From: Chara braunii
Lineage: Eukaryota; Plantae; Charophyceae
Direction: 5' to 3'
Length of the DNA stretch: 64,000 nt
Assembly (NCBI GenBank): GCA_003427395.1
Contig: BFEA01000021.1
Location: 867,216 to 931,215 of the forward strand
This document shows positions 27,101 through 38,562 of the stretch, piece by piece. The notes under the pieces are model-generated. The model saw nothing but the letters and a program-made list of their open reading frames with translations, was not told the origin of the DNA and made no database searches. The translations under genes and the position numbers were made by a program. Numbering within the stretch: the stretch's first letter is position 1; every line of letters starts with the position of its first letter.

Positions 27101-27200
27101 ACCCCTATTCGACCATGAGACTACACGGTTAAACATGACATCAAAGGTTAACAGGAACCCCCGCTATTCAGCCCCGAGGTAACAACCCCAACCCTGAAAA
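24157..27200 (+). mobile_element. Degraded, 5'-truncated LINE (L1/Tx1-like) ORF2 reverse transcriptase, interrupted by an insertion at ~25650-26440
   Basis: Motifs KTTGLD (cf. KSPGPDG), VFEKAY.HVD, RQGDPIAPLLF (~24947), LFADD, RILGV, GRVLTLN and the PRSKGGL thumb motif, with stops and frameshifts. Confidence 0.88.
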
Positions 27201-27221
27201 GTGCATTGGAGATAAATTTTT

Positions 27222-27253
<32 letters not shown>

Positions 27254-28084
27254 CCCTATTTTATTTTTGGTCAAGGTCTGTGTGTGCCAAGTTTCGTGTT
27301 TGTTGGGGTCTTGGAGTTCATTATTTTGGCCAGCCCTGAAAAATCCTTCAAATCCTAAAAACTGAAAAGAGTGAATTTTGCATGAAAACACATTTTTGCT
27401 TTGAGGTTTAAGGCCCCTTTGATCATTTTAAAAAAAAAAAATTGTTGTTGGTTTATTTGGTGTCCACTCTATGGACTGGTGACAAGTCTGGCGTAAAATG
27501 TATAGGACGTTTGTTATAATGACCCTTAAAAAATCCTGAAATTTTAGGACTCTATTAACCTTTTCTCAAACATGAATATCGAATAATATGCAAGACTCAG
27601 TCCACAGAAAAGACTCTGCAAAAAAAATGGGAAAATGATTTTATCATTCCACGGGGGGATGTGGCTGATTTTAGATGGGCCCACTACACAAACATAATGT
27701 TGATGTCTCACTGAACCGATGTTCTTTTACTTTGTTAGTATAATACGATGCATAACGATGACCCATAAAAAACAACAACTCTGGGTTTGTGCATGTTTTC
27801 TTTCATCTGTTTTGTGTTTTTGTTTGGGTTTCTCACTCAAGCTCCAGTCTCCCACTTCATGGCCGCAAGTCCATTAATATGTGTTACCATTTTCAATTAT
27901 TTTCAAATATTAGTGCCAAAATATGCGCTTTGTTCACCTTCTTCACTCTAGTTACTGAACTTTTTGGGGAAAACCTATGTGGGGAATCTTTTGGGTTTAT
28001 GATGCTAGAAACACTTTCGTATTAATACTGCCATTTATCTATAAAGGTCCACTACATTTTCTATTTTTTTTTGCAGATGTAGCT

Positions 28085-28275
28085 TTTGCTTAGATGTACC
28101 CAGATACATCTTTTATTATCCGTTTCTAATTTAAGTCTTCCTCCCCATTCATAAATAAACGTACAACTGTATGTTATATTTGCTTGTGCGTCAAGTTCTG
28201 ATCCATAATAAAGTCCTAGACTACGTAAAATTTGGTTAACTATAAATTTCCAAGCTCCATTAATAATAAATTCCC
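28085..28275 (-). pseudogene. rpoB: Nuclear plastid DNA (NUPT): fragment of chloroplast RNA polymerase beta subunit
   Basis: FIING..FIVNQILRS.GLYY.SELD....YSCTFI.EWGGRLKLE.D....IW..LSK resembles the plastid RpoB N-terminal region (FIINGxxRxxINQILRSPGIYY...ISDWGGR). AT-rich. Confidence 0.85.
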
Positions 28276-28283
28276 TCTGGCCG

Positions 28284-28706
28284 TAATTATTGGAATGTTG
28301 TCGATTAAGACTGCCATAGTTATTGATACTATATGGAATCAGAAATTGATCAATGCAAAAGTTGCCTTTGAGAAAGAAAAGTTGCATTGTTTGTATGTAG
28401 CAATTGTTTAGAAAGCGTTCGACCGTAGGTTAATTAATGAAAATTCTTTCAGAGGCGGGTGCTTTATAATATTATATTATTGTGGCAGCCACTTTATAAG
28501 ATCCTGCTCCTCTTCAATTTCGTGCTCCTTATGAAGGTTGTGCTATGAGAGAATTTTTCTGAGACAAAACGCTCTAATTATCTATGATGATCTAGGTAAA
28601 CAATCAGTGGCATGTCGACAAATGTCATTATTGTTACGTCGACCACCAGGTCGAAAAGATTTATCAGGAGATGTGTTTTGTCTACGTTCTTGTTTATTAG
28701 AAAGAG
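28284..28706 (+). pseudogene. atp1: Nuclear mitochondrial DNA (NUMT): fragment of ATP synthase F1 alpha subunit
   Basis: Frameshifted pieces read KTAIVIDTI.NQK, KLHCLYVAI, KRSTV, ILSEAGAL, DPAPLQF.APY.GCAM and [27 protein letters not shown]...GDVF.L.S.LLER. KRSTV and DPAPLQF are mitochondrial-type, versus plastid QKASSV and SPATLQY. Confidence 0.85.
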
Positions 28707-28708
28707 TT

Positions 28709-29270
28709 GTCAGTGGCAGATACTATACCGCTGCCTGCCCACCCCTGCCTGCCCACCCCTGACTGGCCCGGTCCCAATTCCCGTGAGTTTTGAAATTGTT
28801 GCTCCTTGGAAACTTGACAGAATCCCAGACGCTGATCTCCCTACGGGAATAATCTATTGCACACCACAAGAATTGAACTGTTGATGCTCGCTCGACGAGC
28901 CCACTGCTCCTTCGAGCGAAACCAACACACCTTCACCGCTCCCCGCGCGAAGGAACACATGTCACAATACCTCGTCGGGAGGGTAAAAGCAGCATGGGAT
29001 TGGACCAAGCAACAAAACAAGAAGGTACAGGATGACACGACCCTCACATCAACAGAAACAGAACAAAGAAAAGGAACTGACAACCCGATTTACAAAAGAA
29101 TGGCTGGGCCCAAAGAGAGTCATGGTGGATCTTCAAGACTCCCAACTTTGTTGAACGAATTGGAGGATGGACGAGCACAAATTGTCCCTGAAACCTTATG
29201 CCCACTTTTCAATCCCATTTGCTGTAACCACCCCTTCTTTCATCCTCCTCTCGAGATAAAACAGTGACTG
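28709..29270 (+). mobile_element. Probable C-terminal part of the interrupted LINE ORF2 (zf-RVT-like region)
   Basis: [10 protein letters not shown] immediately after the atp1 fragment resembles the W-x-x-L/H-x-x-LPT start of zf-RVT. Same strand and C-rich composition as the upstream LINE. Confidence 0.5.
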
Positions 29271-29699
29271 AGGCTCCATCCCCGGCTCGACCCTCCCTCA
29301 CCGCCCCCTCTTGCCCTTCCCCCCCTTCTTTCCGTACCTCTGACACCCCTTCTCATCACTCGAAACCCACACTGAAGGACCGACCACAATTGGAGGGGAA
29401 CCGGAGGATGAGATCAGATGGGAGTTAGGGGAGCCTGAGGCCACAAGGAAGGCGTGGTCGACTCGACAGCGTCGACCCGAAAGTCGGGGAGCGAACCTAC
29501 AGCCTAAGCGGGCACATCAAGGGGCGGGGTCAAACTGCTGCGTCAACAACAAATCCAGCAGAAGAGAGGACTGAGCGGAAGCTAACATGGGAGGGGGGGT
29601 AGCCGGAAAGATAAGGCAATGGAAGGAGAGAGTATGTCACTGGTTTCAGCCTGCAGAGATGCCGATCCCTTTGCGATGATTGCCAAGATGGAGGGAGGA

Positions 29700-30380
29700 C
29701 TTACGGGGTGGGGAGAATGGTGCAGTGCTGCCGTGGCCTGTACACAAGGTTTAATGTAGGGTTTAAGTAGGTTTTTGCACTCCCTCGTGAGCATGCATAC
29801 ACAGACAAAACAGGAATATAAGCAATGTCTAACGGTCTAAGGGTAAGGAGCTAGGTTGGAGACATGCAAAGATGGAGTGCAGTGCTGCCCTAGACTATAC
29901 ACAGGTCTTATTGCAAGGATAAAGCAAGGTTTTACACTGCTACGAAAGGATGCATACACGGTGCATGATGGGGTGGGGAGAGGCGCGCACTGTTCCTGTG
30001 GACTATACATAGGGTTCAGTGCAGGGTTTAAGCAAGGATTGCTGCTGCGAAGAAAGCATGCACAGACAAGACGAGGGGTACAAATAACGTTTAAGGGTAG
30101 GAACATAGATGATTGTAGACAAACAAAAACGGACTGACCCCGGATAAATAACTGTAGCTAAACATTGCCCCCGACTAGTGGCAAGGGGGATCAAGGGTGG
30201 CCTGCCAACGAGGCTAATGGGGTGGTGAGAGGAGTGCAATGCTGATGTAGACTGTACACAACGTTTAATGTAGCGGTCAAGCAAGGATGCTGCATTGTTA
30301 CAAAGAATGCATGCGCAAATAAGATGGGGGTACAAACTGATGTGGGAGACAAACAAAGTTAGACCAATCACAGATAAATA
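29700..30380. repeat. Degenerate repeats, about 4 copies of a ~110-160 bp unit
   Basis: GGAGTGCAGTGCTG....GACT.TACACA.GG.TT..TG.AGG.T..AGCAAGG...GCATGCA recurs near 29715, 29875, 29980 and 30230. Confidence 0.6.
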
Positions 30381-31218
30381 ACGGTAGGCTGCCAATAAGA
30401 CTGGACCAGCTTTACAAAATAATGCTTCAGAATCTCATATGGTCCGATACCAGTAGCAGCCCTATGGGTACGAGGGAGTACCAAAGGGAGAAGGGATTCA
30501 GGAAGCATGCGACCCTGCTTGTATAAGGCTTTGGACGGCTGTATCAAAGGGACACTGGACCTGGTTTCCAACAGGTGTAGCTCCCTACCAATAGATGGAG
30601 CAGCCTCATAATCAAGGCATCAATCCTGGTGGTTCTCTAACCACCACTGGGATAGAGGCCTTGCATAAAGTGGCTATTTTTGCAAAAAAAAAAAAAAAAA
30701 AAAAACAAACAAACACCAGGTCTTTGCACAAATAGCCCTAGAAAACAAACCCAACCTTTTTTGTTTGTTTTTTACCTGTTAATCATTATCTCGGGCCACT
30801 ACTCCTATCTCAAGGGTGGTAACGAACTCGACTTATCCTAACCCATCACTATAGAAGGCGTACACCCCTTTCTCTCATTGATCCCACTAGCTAACTAAGG
30901 AAGCAGAAATGACGGGCTGCTACTTCTTTAGGCAGGAAACCCTGAATCTATCTGATAAGTTCATCAGCAGGCACTCACCCGGGATCCTGCGCCATAGATT
31001 CAATCCCGCTGGGATCTGTGGGCACTAGGCCCGCTGCAGCAAGATTAGCTGGGCCGCACGATGAAGTTGTACCTTGCTCCGGATCGGGGAAGGAAAAAGG
31101 AATGTTCCCAAGGGGCTCAAGCCTCACGGCAATGGTTTGCCTGAGGAACAACTGGAAGGCCCAATCGGGCCATTTGGAAATCTGGGGTCTAAGGGGCGGA
31201 TGTGCGACCAGGATAAAC

Positions 31219-31475
31219 AAACAGTCATTTCGTCAAAACATAAATATTATATTTCTATTATTTTTTTAACGAAATTGAAATTGAGTTTTTGGGCCGAAAT
31301 CCGGTCCAAATTTTTGGCTCCTGCGGGTCCGGCCCTATATGTATCTGGTCGCAGCTTGAGACAGATACATCTAGGGGGCCTAGCGTTCAAAAATTTGGAC
31401 CGGATTTCGGCCCAAAAACTCAATTTCAATTTCGTTCAAAAAATATAATATGCCCGTTTTGACGAAATGGTTGTT
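31219..31475. repeat. Foldback / long inverted repeat (MITE-like or hairpin RNA locus)
   Basis: Perfect 48-bp arms at 31268-31315 and 31389-31436, an inner stem (CCCTA.ATGTATCTG / CAGATACAT.TAGGG) and an outer stem (CATTTCGTCAAAAC / GTTTTGACGAAATG). Confidence 0.92.
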
Positions 31476-31505
31476 AGCAGATGAACAGGCCCGGTAGCAT
31501 CAGGT

Positions 31506-31693
31506 GGAGGTAACTCTTGCAACCAAGCCAGGAATTACTTCTACGGGAAAATTTGCCTTCGCGGTAATCTTTTCTCTACTTGGATTTTTGTTGTGTCGCG
31601 CGTTGCTGTCTTGAGCCTGGTTCTTGTAGAGGACAACGACGCAGTGAGACATTCCACAGTTACCGTCGCTTGTAGCAAGCGAAAATCCGGGTG
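31506..31693 (+). repeat. Left long inverted repeat (~187 bp), candidate TIR of a Mutator-like element
   Basis: Reverse complement of 47645-47831, with scattered, mostly transition, differences. Outer end GGAGGTAACTC. Confidence 0.8.
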
Positions 31694-33316
31694 TAAGTTT
31701 CCTGCTTGAACAAGGTAAAACTCCATCAGCAGCCACAGTTGTTGTAAACCCTCCTACCTGTTTAGGTTAATTTCTGTCTACCTACTCGAACTAACCATCT
31801 TTTACTAAGCAAACTAACTTTTCAGATTCGCGAAGCCACCGAGTAAGGCCCACCGGATTGGCGAACCGAGGAGCTGCTAGACCTCTTGACCAAATTCCTC
31901 GTGGTCTTTCCAGATCCCCATTCGCCTATGACGGCCAACACTTTGAAGAAACAAAGACCTTTCGCAGGGTGGTTTTTCTTGCACTTGGATTCGCGTTGGT
32001 GGATGAACCGGTGCCGACGAATAGGACAGGGACACAACCAGTAATGGATACCCAAGGTGTAGAAGCCCTCGGGAGTATGTTCGGAAGGCTGGAATTTTCG
32101 AAGGCCTTCCACTGCACCATTGTGCATTCTCTACTGGAGGTTCTCGAGGGACTCTCCGATGAGGGCTCTAGGGTGGCCGAAATAAAGATATGGCTAGACC
32201 AAGGACCTGCTGAATAGATAAGCAGAATCGTCGGAAAGACGGAGGCGGCAAGGATGATTCATCGCAACCAGAACACAATAGGAAGCAATTAAAAAACAAA
32301 TAAAATGGATATGCTTGTCTGCTTACTTTTAACATTTACCAAGCTTTGTTGTTATCTACGGAGTCACGAAGATAAGTCTTCCTGCTAATTCTGTTTGTTT
32401 ATAACTTCAGGAAATAGTCAATTTAAGCTCATCGTTGCTATCTGTCTGCTTGCTCTAAAACTGTTACCAAGTATCGTTGCTTATTAAAAGCTTGTGAGCT
32501 TCGATAATCGATTGTTTCCTCCGTTTTCAGTTTTCCTCTGCAACTTTTTGTAGTTTTTTGTTCGAAGAACCTCTTAACACTCCTCTGCAGTTTTTAATAT
32601 TCATTTACAGTTCTGTACACTAAATCCCAAGGGCTTGTCAACTATTTCAATTTACAGGCTAGGATGGCCTTGCTTACTAAGAGCTTATTGCGCTCAATAT
32701 CTTTAAAAAGTTCCTCTATCCTGGCCTGGTAGAAAGCGGTAGAGTACATTGCTTGAATCCCTGTTTTCCATTTATAAGACTACTTTGTATACCTTTCCGG
32801 ACTGAATCGTAATGTGAATAGATCGTAATTTGTAACTAACCTCTATAATCAATCATCGAACCTCTTTTATCTGGTTTAAAGGGTATTAAAGATTCAGTTC
32901 ACCACTATTTAACCCCGGCACCTTTCTCACTTCTTTAAAATCAAGTTGTTTTGAGATAGATCTCAGCCGACTATCATGTCCTTGATCAATCATCTAGAAT
33001 AGACCAGACTCATTTTTGTGAGTTGCTCGACTTCGTTGCCTTACTAATATTAGTAAGGGTAAGGCTAGTAGCCGCCCTGCTCGCAGCACTCTCGTACCTG
33101 ACGACCATTAAGTTTTTTATCTATGTGCTCTCAGGACTACGACCCCCCCAAAAAACAGAAAAAAGAGAGAGGGGGAGGCTTGCAGAAACCAAGAATCAAA
33201 CCATCACCTAAGCATGACTCGGAGAACCTTTTGAACTCCTAGGATTGAAGTTAAAAGTTTGTAACCTTAAACTCTGAGGGGTTCCAGAAGGAGGGGTACC
33301 TGCGACAGAACAAACA

Positions 33317-35998
33317 TGTGACGAACTACTTCCCGAACTTGTGTTATCTTTCGTACCCCTTTGGCTCGAATTTTTGTTGTACCATACCAACCCTACGAAT
33401 ACCCCGTTTGTTTTCTTGATTTTGGGTGCCGTGTTTTTGGCCCCCGTTTTGTTGAAAGCTTGGTCGCTTCTTGGAATTCTGCTTTCTGCAATTCAGAAAA
33501 TACACGAGAATTTACACGCTCCTTAGCGCGAGCACTGGGAATTGGGCCCGACAGTTGGGAATTCCGGGATAAGCGGAACTTCGACGTGTCCTTTTTGTGT
33601 GTGAATGTTCTCGGTCGCGTTGGAGAAAACTCTTGGAATTTTGTGGGGATACGAATAGGCGTAGGACTTTTTTTCCCTGCGTTGCTCTTTCGCGCGCGGA
33701 TATGGTGATTTCAATTTTGAATTAATTTAGGATGTACGCAAGCTGTAACTGTTTCGGTGCCTTTTTCTCTTTTTTGTTGTTGATGGCGCTGCACATGCAA
33801 AACTTTTTCCTCTCTATCCCCCGCATCGCTCTCTCCCGCGCTCCTTTTTCCTTCCTCCTCCTCTTCCTCTCGCCTCGTAACTATTTTCTCCCTCTCTCTC
33901 TCTCCCGCTCTGCTTTTTGCGCGCCCATTTCCCTTTCTTGATCATCTGAATCTTGGACCCGTCTTGCGCTACCTCTCGCGCCTTTTCTATTCTCGCCCTT
34001 CGAGCAAAGCATGCAAAGTCCGGTCGATCCTTCGATTACTCTCGCCCACCAATCAGATGCGTGGTACGGTAGGATTTGCCTATTGCGCGACGGGTCTGAT
34101 TGGCCAATTGTTGAGTTCCGAAGGATCAACATGGCTTCTGTAGCGCGCTTCTCGCCAAGTCTTCTCCTTCTGCTTCTCTTCTTACACTTCGAATTTCCCC
34201 CTGCATTCTCTCTCCCTTGTCTCCTTCCTCGCCACTATAAATTCCGCAAACGGGCCCGCAAATCTCTCTTACGTTCTCGACTTCCAAGCCAGCTTCCGGG
34301 AAGCAGTGGCTAGGCAGAGTGTTTGGTGCGAGTCGGAAAGTCCTGTCGGGCTGACGATAGGCTGGCTGGTTGCGCGCTTGATTGCCACGACGGACTGTGG
34401 GATCTGGGTGAACCGTGTCGAGTTTATGTCGGCGGGGTGACGATCACAGTGGTGGGAGTTAGCACGCGACGGCCGGGATCGTCGGTGCGGGTATGAGGAT
34501 CGATGATTGGAGTTGAGTGAGTGATTGGCCCAGGGCCATATTGGAATTGACGGCGAATTCGCCTTTGTATTTGCGGATCGTTATCTCTGGCGTGAGTGTA
34601 CGGCGGCAACGCCGAACTTCCTTCTTTCGGATCTCGTCATCTCCTATCCCGACTTTCCTCCCTCATCTCCCTCTCTCTCTTCTATCTTTGAATGATGATA
34701 TGTCTCAGTGTTGTCCCCCCCTTGGATGGGAATGAATATGTGTGCTTTCCGGTGTGAAAGAACTTCTTCCGGAACTCTTCCATTAGTTTTCTGGGTAAAC
34801 CCCATATGTCGAGGAATTGCTCATCTTGTCTTGTGAACGGTGGATGCGTGTGTACCATTCCCTCGGTTGATTTCTGACTCGTATACCCCTGTCATTATCG
34901 CACCTTCCACAGTGAACGTATGTATGGAGATGCTTGCCTTTTTGTATTGATTAGACGCCGCCCTCGGCGGGATTTTGTCCGAGAATGCAAGAGTGTTTAG
35001 ATCTGTAGTTCTGAATTCACTACGCATGCCATCTGCCTTATGCTGCACGGTATCTGCAGACGACAACACCGCGGTGGCTTGCGGAAACCTGAGTCGCGGG
35101 TCGGTCCCTCAGATTACATGCATGATCGAGCTGATGAGTGTTTTCTCTCTTTCTCTCGTGTCGAAAATGATTGATTGGTGATTGCGCGAGTGTTTTTCCT
35201 TGATGACATCTCGGAATTTTTGCAATTGAATGACATGTGGACTGACAAGCACCCTTCGATCGTCCGTCAGCCTCCCGTATCCCCCGTATCAACACGACCT
35301 TTTCCTTACAATGAGGAAAGGACACGTGTATGCGAGTGAGACGTACGAGAAGCCGTCGCACGAATCGGCCGGCAATATCACTTTCCTCCGGAAAACCGTT
35401 GTTCAGGGTTTGTCGAGGCTGGGTTTGTCATTATCGATACACACTTTCCACCCTACTCGATATTGTTGCTATTCAACGAGTTGATAGTCACGCCGTGGAC
35501 GACAGTAGAACCCCACTGGCGGCGCACACTATGCACCGAATGCCAGCGCTTTGAGTGCTACGAAACCAGGGGTTTCCACTACCGTGTGCGGAGTGAAGAC
35601 GAAGATAGAGAAAGAGTCACGCGACTAAGACCATCCACGTCGGATTCCGAATTGGTTAGTGAACGACGATGTGCATTAATACGGAAACGAGACACGGGAA
35701 GCGTGCCGAAGCCTTTCTGTTCTAAACGACGGGCCGTAGCCAGGTGGGAAGTTCGACAATATTTTCTGGATTGAATTTGTATTTCTCTCTATTCTCGCGC
35801 CAAACTTCCGGGCGCCTTTTGCGTCGCTCGAAGAACGATCGACTTACTTCATCGGACGAACACGGGGGATTTCAGTTCCCTCTGTGTCCCCACACTCAAT
35901 TTCCAAAAATCCTTGGCACACCCCATCTTGCTGTTTTTTTTTGGGCCTCTTTCCGCACATCTAGCACTCCGAACGAAAAACAGCACAGGGCGTAAGGT
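33317..35998 (+). repeat. 5' LTR (~2.7 kb)
   Basis: Starts TGTGACGAACTACTTCC, aligns to 44524-47445, and ends AAGGT directly before the PBS. Confidence 0.93.
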
Positions 35999-36010
35999 TG
36001 GTATCGGAGC
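35999..36010 (+). promoter_or_regulatory. Primer binding site complementary to the 3' end of tRNA-iMet
   Basis: TGGTATCGGAGC, one mismatch from the canonical TGGTATCAGAGC. Confidence 0.88.
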
Positions 36011-36245
36011 CGACACGTGTCGGTTGTGATGATAGTGAGTCGAACTGGCGAGAGGTAGGAGAAGCCCTCAACCAGCTCGTCGAGATCGCCCAGTGACCAG
36101 GTCTCGATCTGGTGCGGTTGCACCCGCAATGCCAATGGCAGACGGTACTAGAGTGATCGTTAGCATTCCTGCCCCTTTTCCCTTCTTCCCTAACCATACC
36201 CATCCCGAGGCTTGGTTGGACGCTGTCGAAGCTCAAGGCTAGAGC

Positions 36246-37140
36246 GTGGGTGATCTTCCCCGCGTTCTTACCTTGCTACTTCGCAATACGTCGTATGATT
36301 GGTTTAGAAAGCATACGTGGGTAGATTGGAATACCTTCAAGCAAGCTTTCTTGGCTCGATTCGATACAGTCAGTGAAGATGCCGCCTGGTACGTGCTCAA
36401 AACTCGGCCACAAGGACCAGGAGAATTGCTGCCCGATTTTGTGGATCGATTTCAAACCACGTTGGATAAATCTGGGCGAGATGAGAAATCCGCTCGAGAC
36501 ATCGATCACCTACGAAGTCCGGCGTTGAAAGGAAAGCTATAGAAAAAGGTCCCACCAAAGACACACCAGCTATCTGCTATCATCGCTAAAGCATTGAAAC
36601 TAGACCTGGTTGATACAAAGAAATACATCAGTCAGGGAGACAAAGATATTACAGATACCATACAGGATGTAGCAGCTAAAAGACAATCATGGTTGCGGGC
36701 GGTAGAACGGTTTTATCCCCGCCCCGACCATGACCTTCCCTACGGGATCGCTTTTGATATCCCGCCTGTCTCTTCTTCCTCTCCCCCAACGAATCAACCG
36801 ATAGCGGCAGTTAAGAGCAGAATCCCCCACGAACCTCCCTCGCCGGCCGTAACAAACCTACATCTTGCCCAAATGATCCACACGGCCACCACTAAGCAAT
36901 CTCAATGGATGAGCAACCTGGTTCAAATGAAGGCAGCTCACATGGAGCGGATGAAACAAATAATGATCAGGCTAATTAAGCCTACCGGCCCCTGCTCGAC
37001 CTGCCCCCACGTCATTTCCTCTCTTGCCTGCCCCGCCTGCACCTGGCTATCCACCACAGTTCCCTCACCCAGCTAATTCAACAGGAAAGATCGAGTGTTT
37101 TAACTGCAAACAGCCCGAACATTTTGCCCGGGACTGTCCG
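36246..37140 (+). pseudogene. gag: gag (retrotransposon capsid region plus CCHC zinc knuckle), disrupted
   Basis: W..FKQAFLARF...Q.PGE...DFVDRF capsid motif; CFNCKQPEHFARDC at 37096-37137; internal stops. Confidence 0.85.
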
Positions 37141-37314
37141 CAGCCAAAACGTAATCAACCCCCGCCGGCTGCGGCCCCTGTCGCTCTAAACCAAGGATGA
37201 ATGGCCGCATTGATGGACACGGCCCAAGGAGGAGAACTCGTGGCATATGAGCCGCCTTCCCTCTCAACGGCAATAGCGTCAACATAGGGATCTCCTTCCT
37301 CTGACGCTGCTGAC

Positions 37315-38283
37315 GTGGTCGATCCACTCGAGTATCTTCATCTAGCGGGCATGATCGGGGCGATCCGATCGGCCCCCGATGATCTTGAATGGGTCGATTG
37401 CGATTCTAATTCCGGTCCACAGTTTAGGACGGGCGAAATCGATGTGTTACGAGCGCTCAAGCAGCTAGATATCTGTGTTCTGATTCCGGTGGGACACTTG
37501 CTCACTATATCTGAAGCTGCAAACGACAAGTTGTTACAACAATTTCAGAAGAATCAAAAGCGCTTCACATACCAGCGCGTACAGCGAATGTTAAAAAAAA
37601 AGGAGGAGGAAAAAGAGGATGTTGCGCCACCAGAACCTGAAACGGGCGAACCCGAAGCCGCACGTATAGCAGCGATCTCTTTAGCAGAAAAGGATCACTT
37701 CGTACCAGCTCGGCCGGTACTGTGGAAGAGCGTGGAATGTGATTGTGAAGTTTGGGGCAAGCCGTTTAACGCCCTTATCGACACAGGGTCTTCTGCCGTG
37801 GCCATATCATTAGACACTGTCAGAAAGACGATACGACTAGGATCCATTCTTCCTCAATCTGGCAAAGACAATTACGTCTCTGCCGACGAGGAAGCAATGA
37901 ACATCGTGGGCATTATTGAGAATGTGGTTGTAAAAGTCGAACGAGTACACGTCCTTGTTAACGCGCTCGTGATAGATGTGCGCTCCAATTCCGTACTATT
38001 AGGATTACCTTGGGCGATGGCGGTAGGGGCCCGCCTACATTTCGATTCAAAACAACTGGTGCTCACGCAAACTGGGGGAAAACCTCAAACTGTTCCCTTG
38101 CGAATTTCCACCCGAACGATAAAACGAACTCCTAACTCAACCCAAATAGGGATGATTCGATGCATTGATCCCGATGAGTATTCTTCCTCGGACATCGATA
38201 GCGGAACCGGGGAACAAGAATACGAAGAAAAATTGCCTAGTGAGGATGAATGGAAGCACCTGGTCAAACTTTTCGAACACTAA
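37315..38283 (+). pseudogene. Aspartic protease region of pol
   Basis: ALIDTGSS active site and VLLGLPW C-terminal motif. Confidence 0.88.
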
Positions 38284-38562
38284 ATTCCCGAAGAATTTCG
38301 AGTGTGCCCCGACACTGCCCGAAGCTTCCGTGTGGGTTCAGAAGACAGCGCGCTCGCGCCTCTGACAACCCAAATTAGTCCTTCAGTCCTCCTCGGGGAA
38401 CCCATATTACAAGTATCAGAGCTGACCGATGATTTGGAACCCCCTCGTACCTTCTACGAATGAGCGTTTTCCTTACGAACGCGTTATCAACAAACGGAAC
38501 AGTATCTAAACGTTTCTGTTTTCCCGCCCAGATCGTTACTAACGAAGGGGGCGACCATCGCT

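Noticed and set aside
28538-28762. Plastid atpA or a functional ATP synthase gene
   Set aside because: Diagnostic residues are mitochondrial-type, and the fragment has stops and frameshifts.
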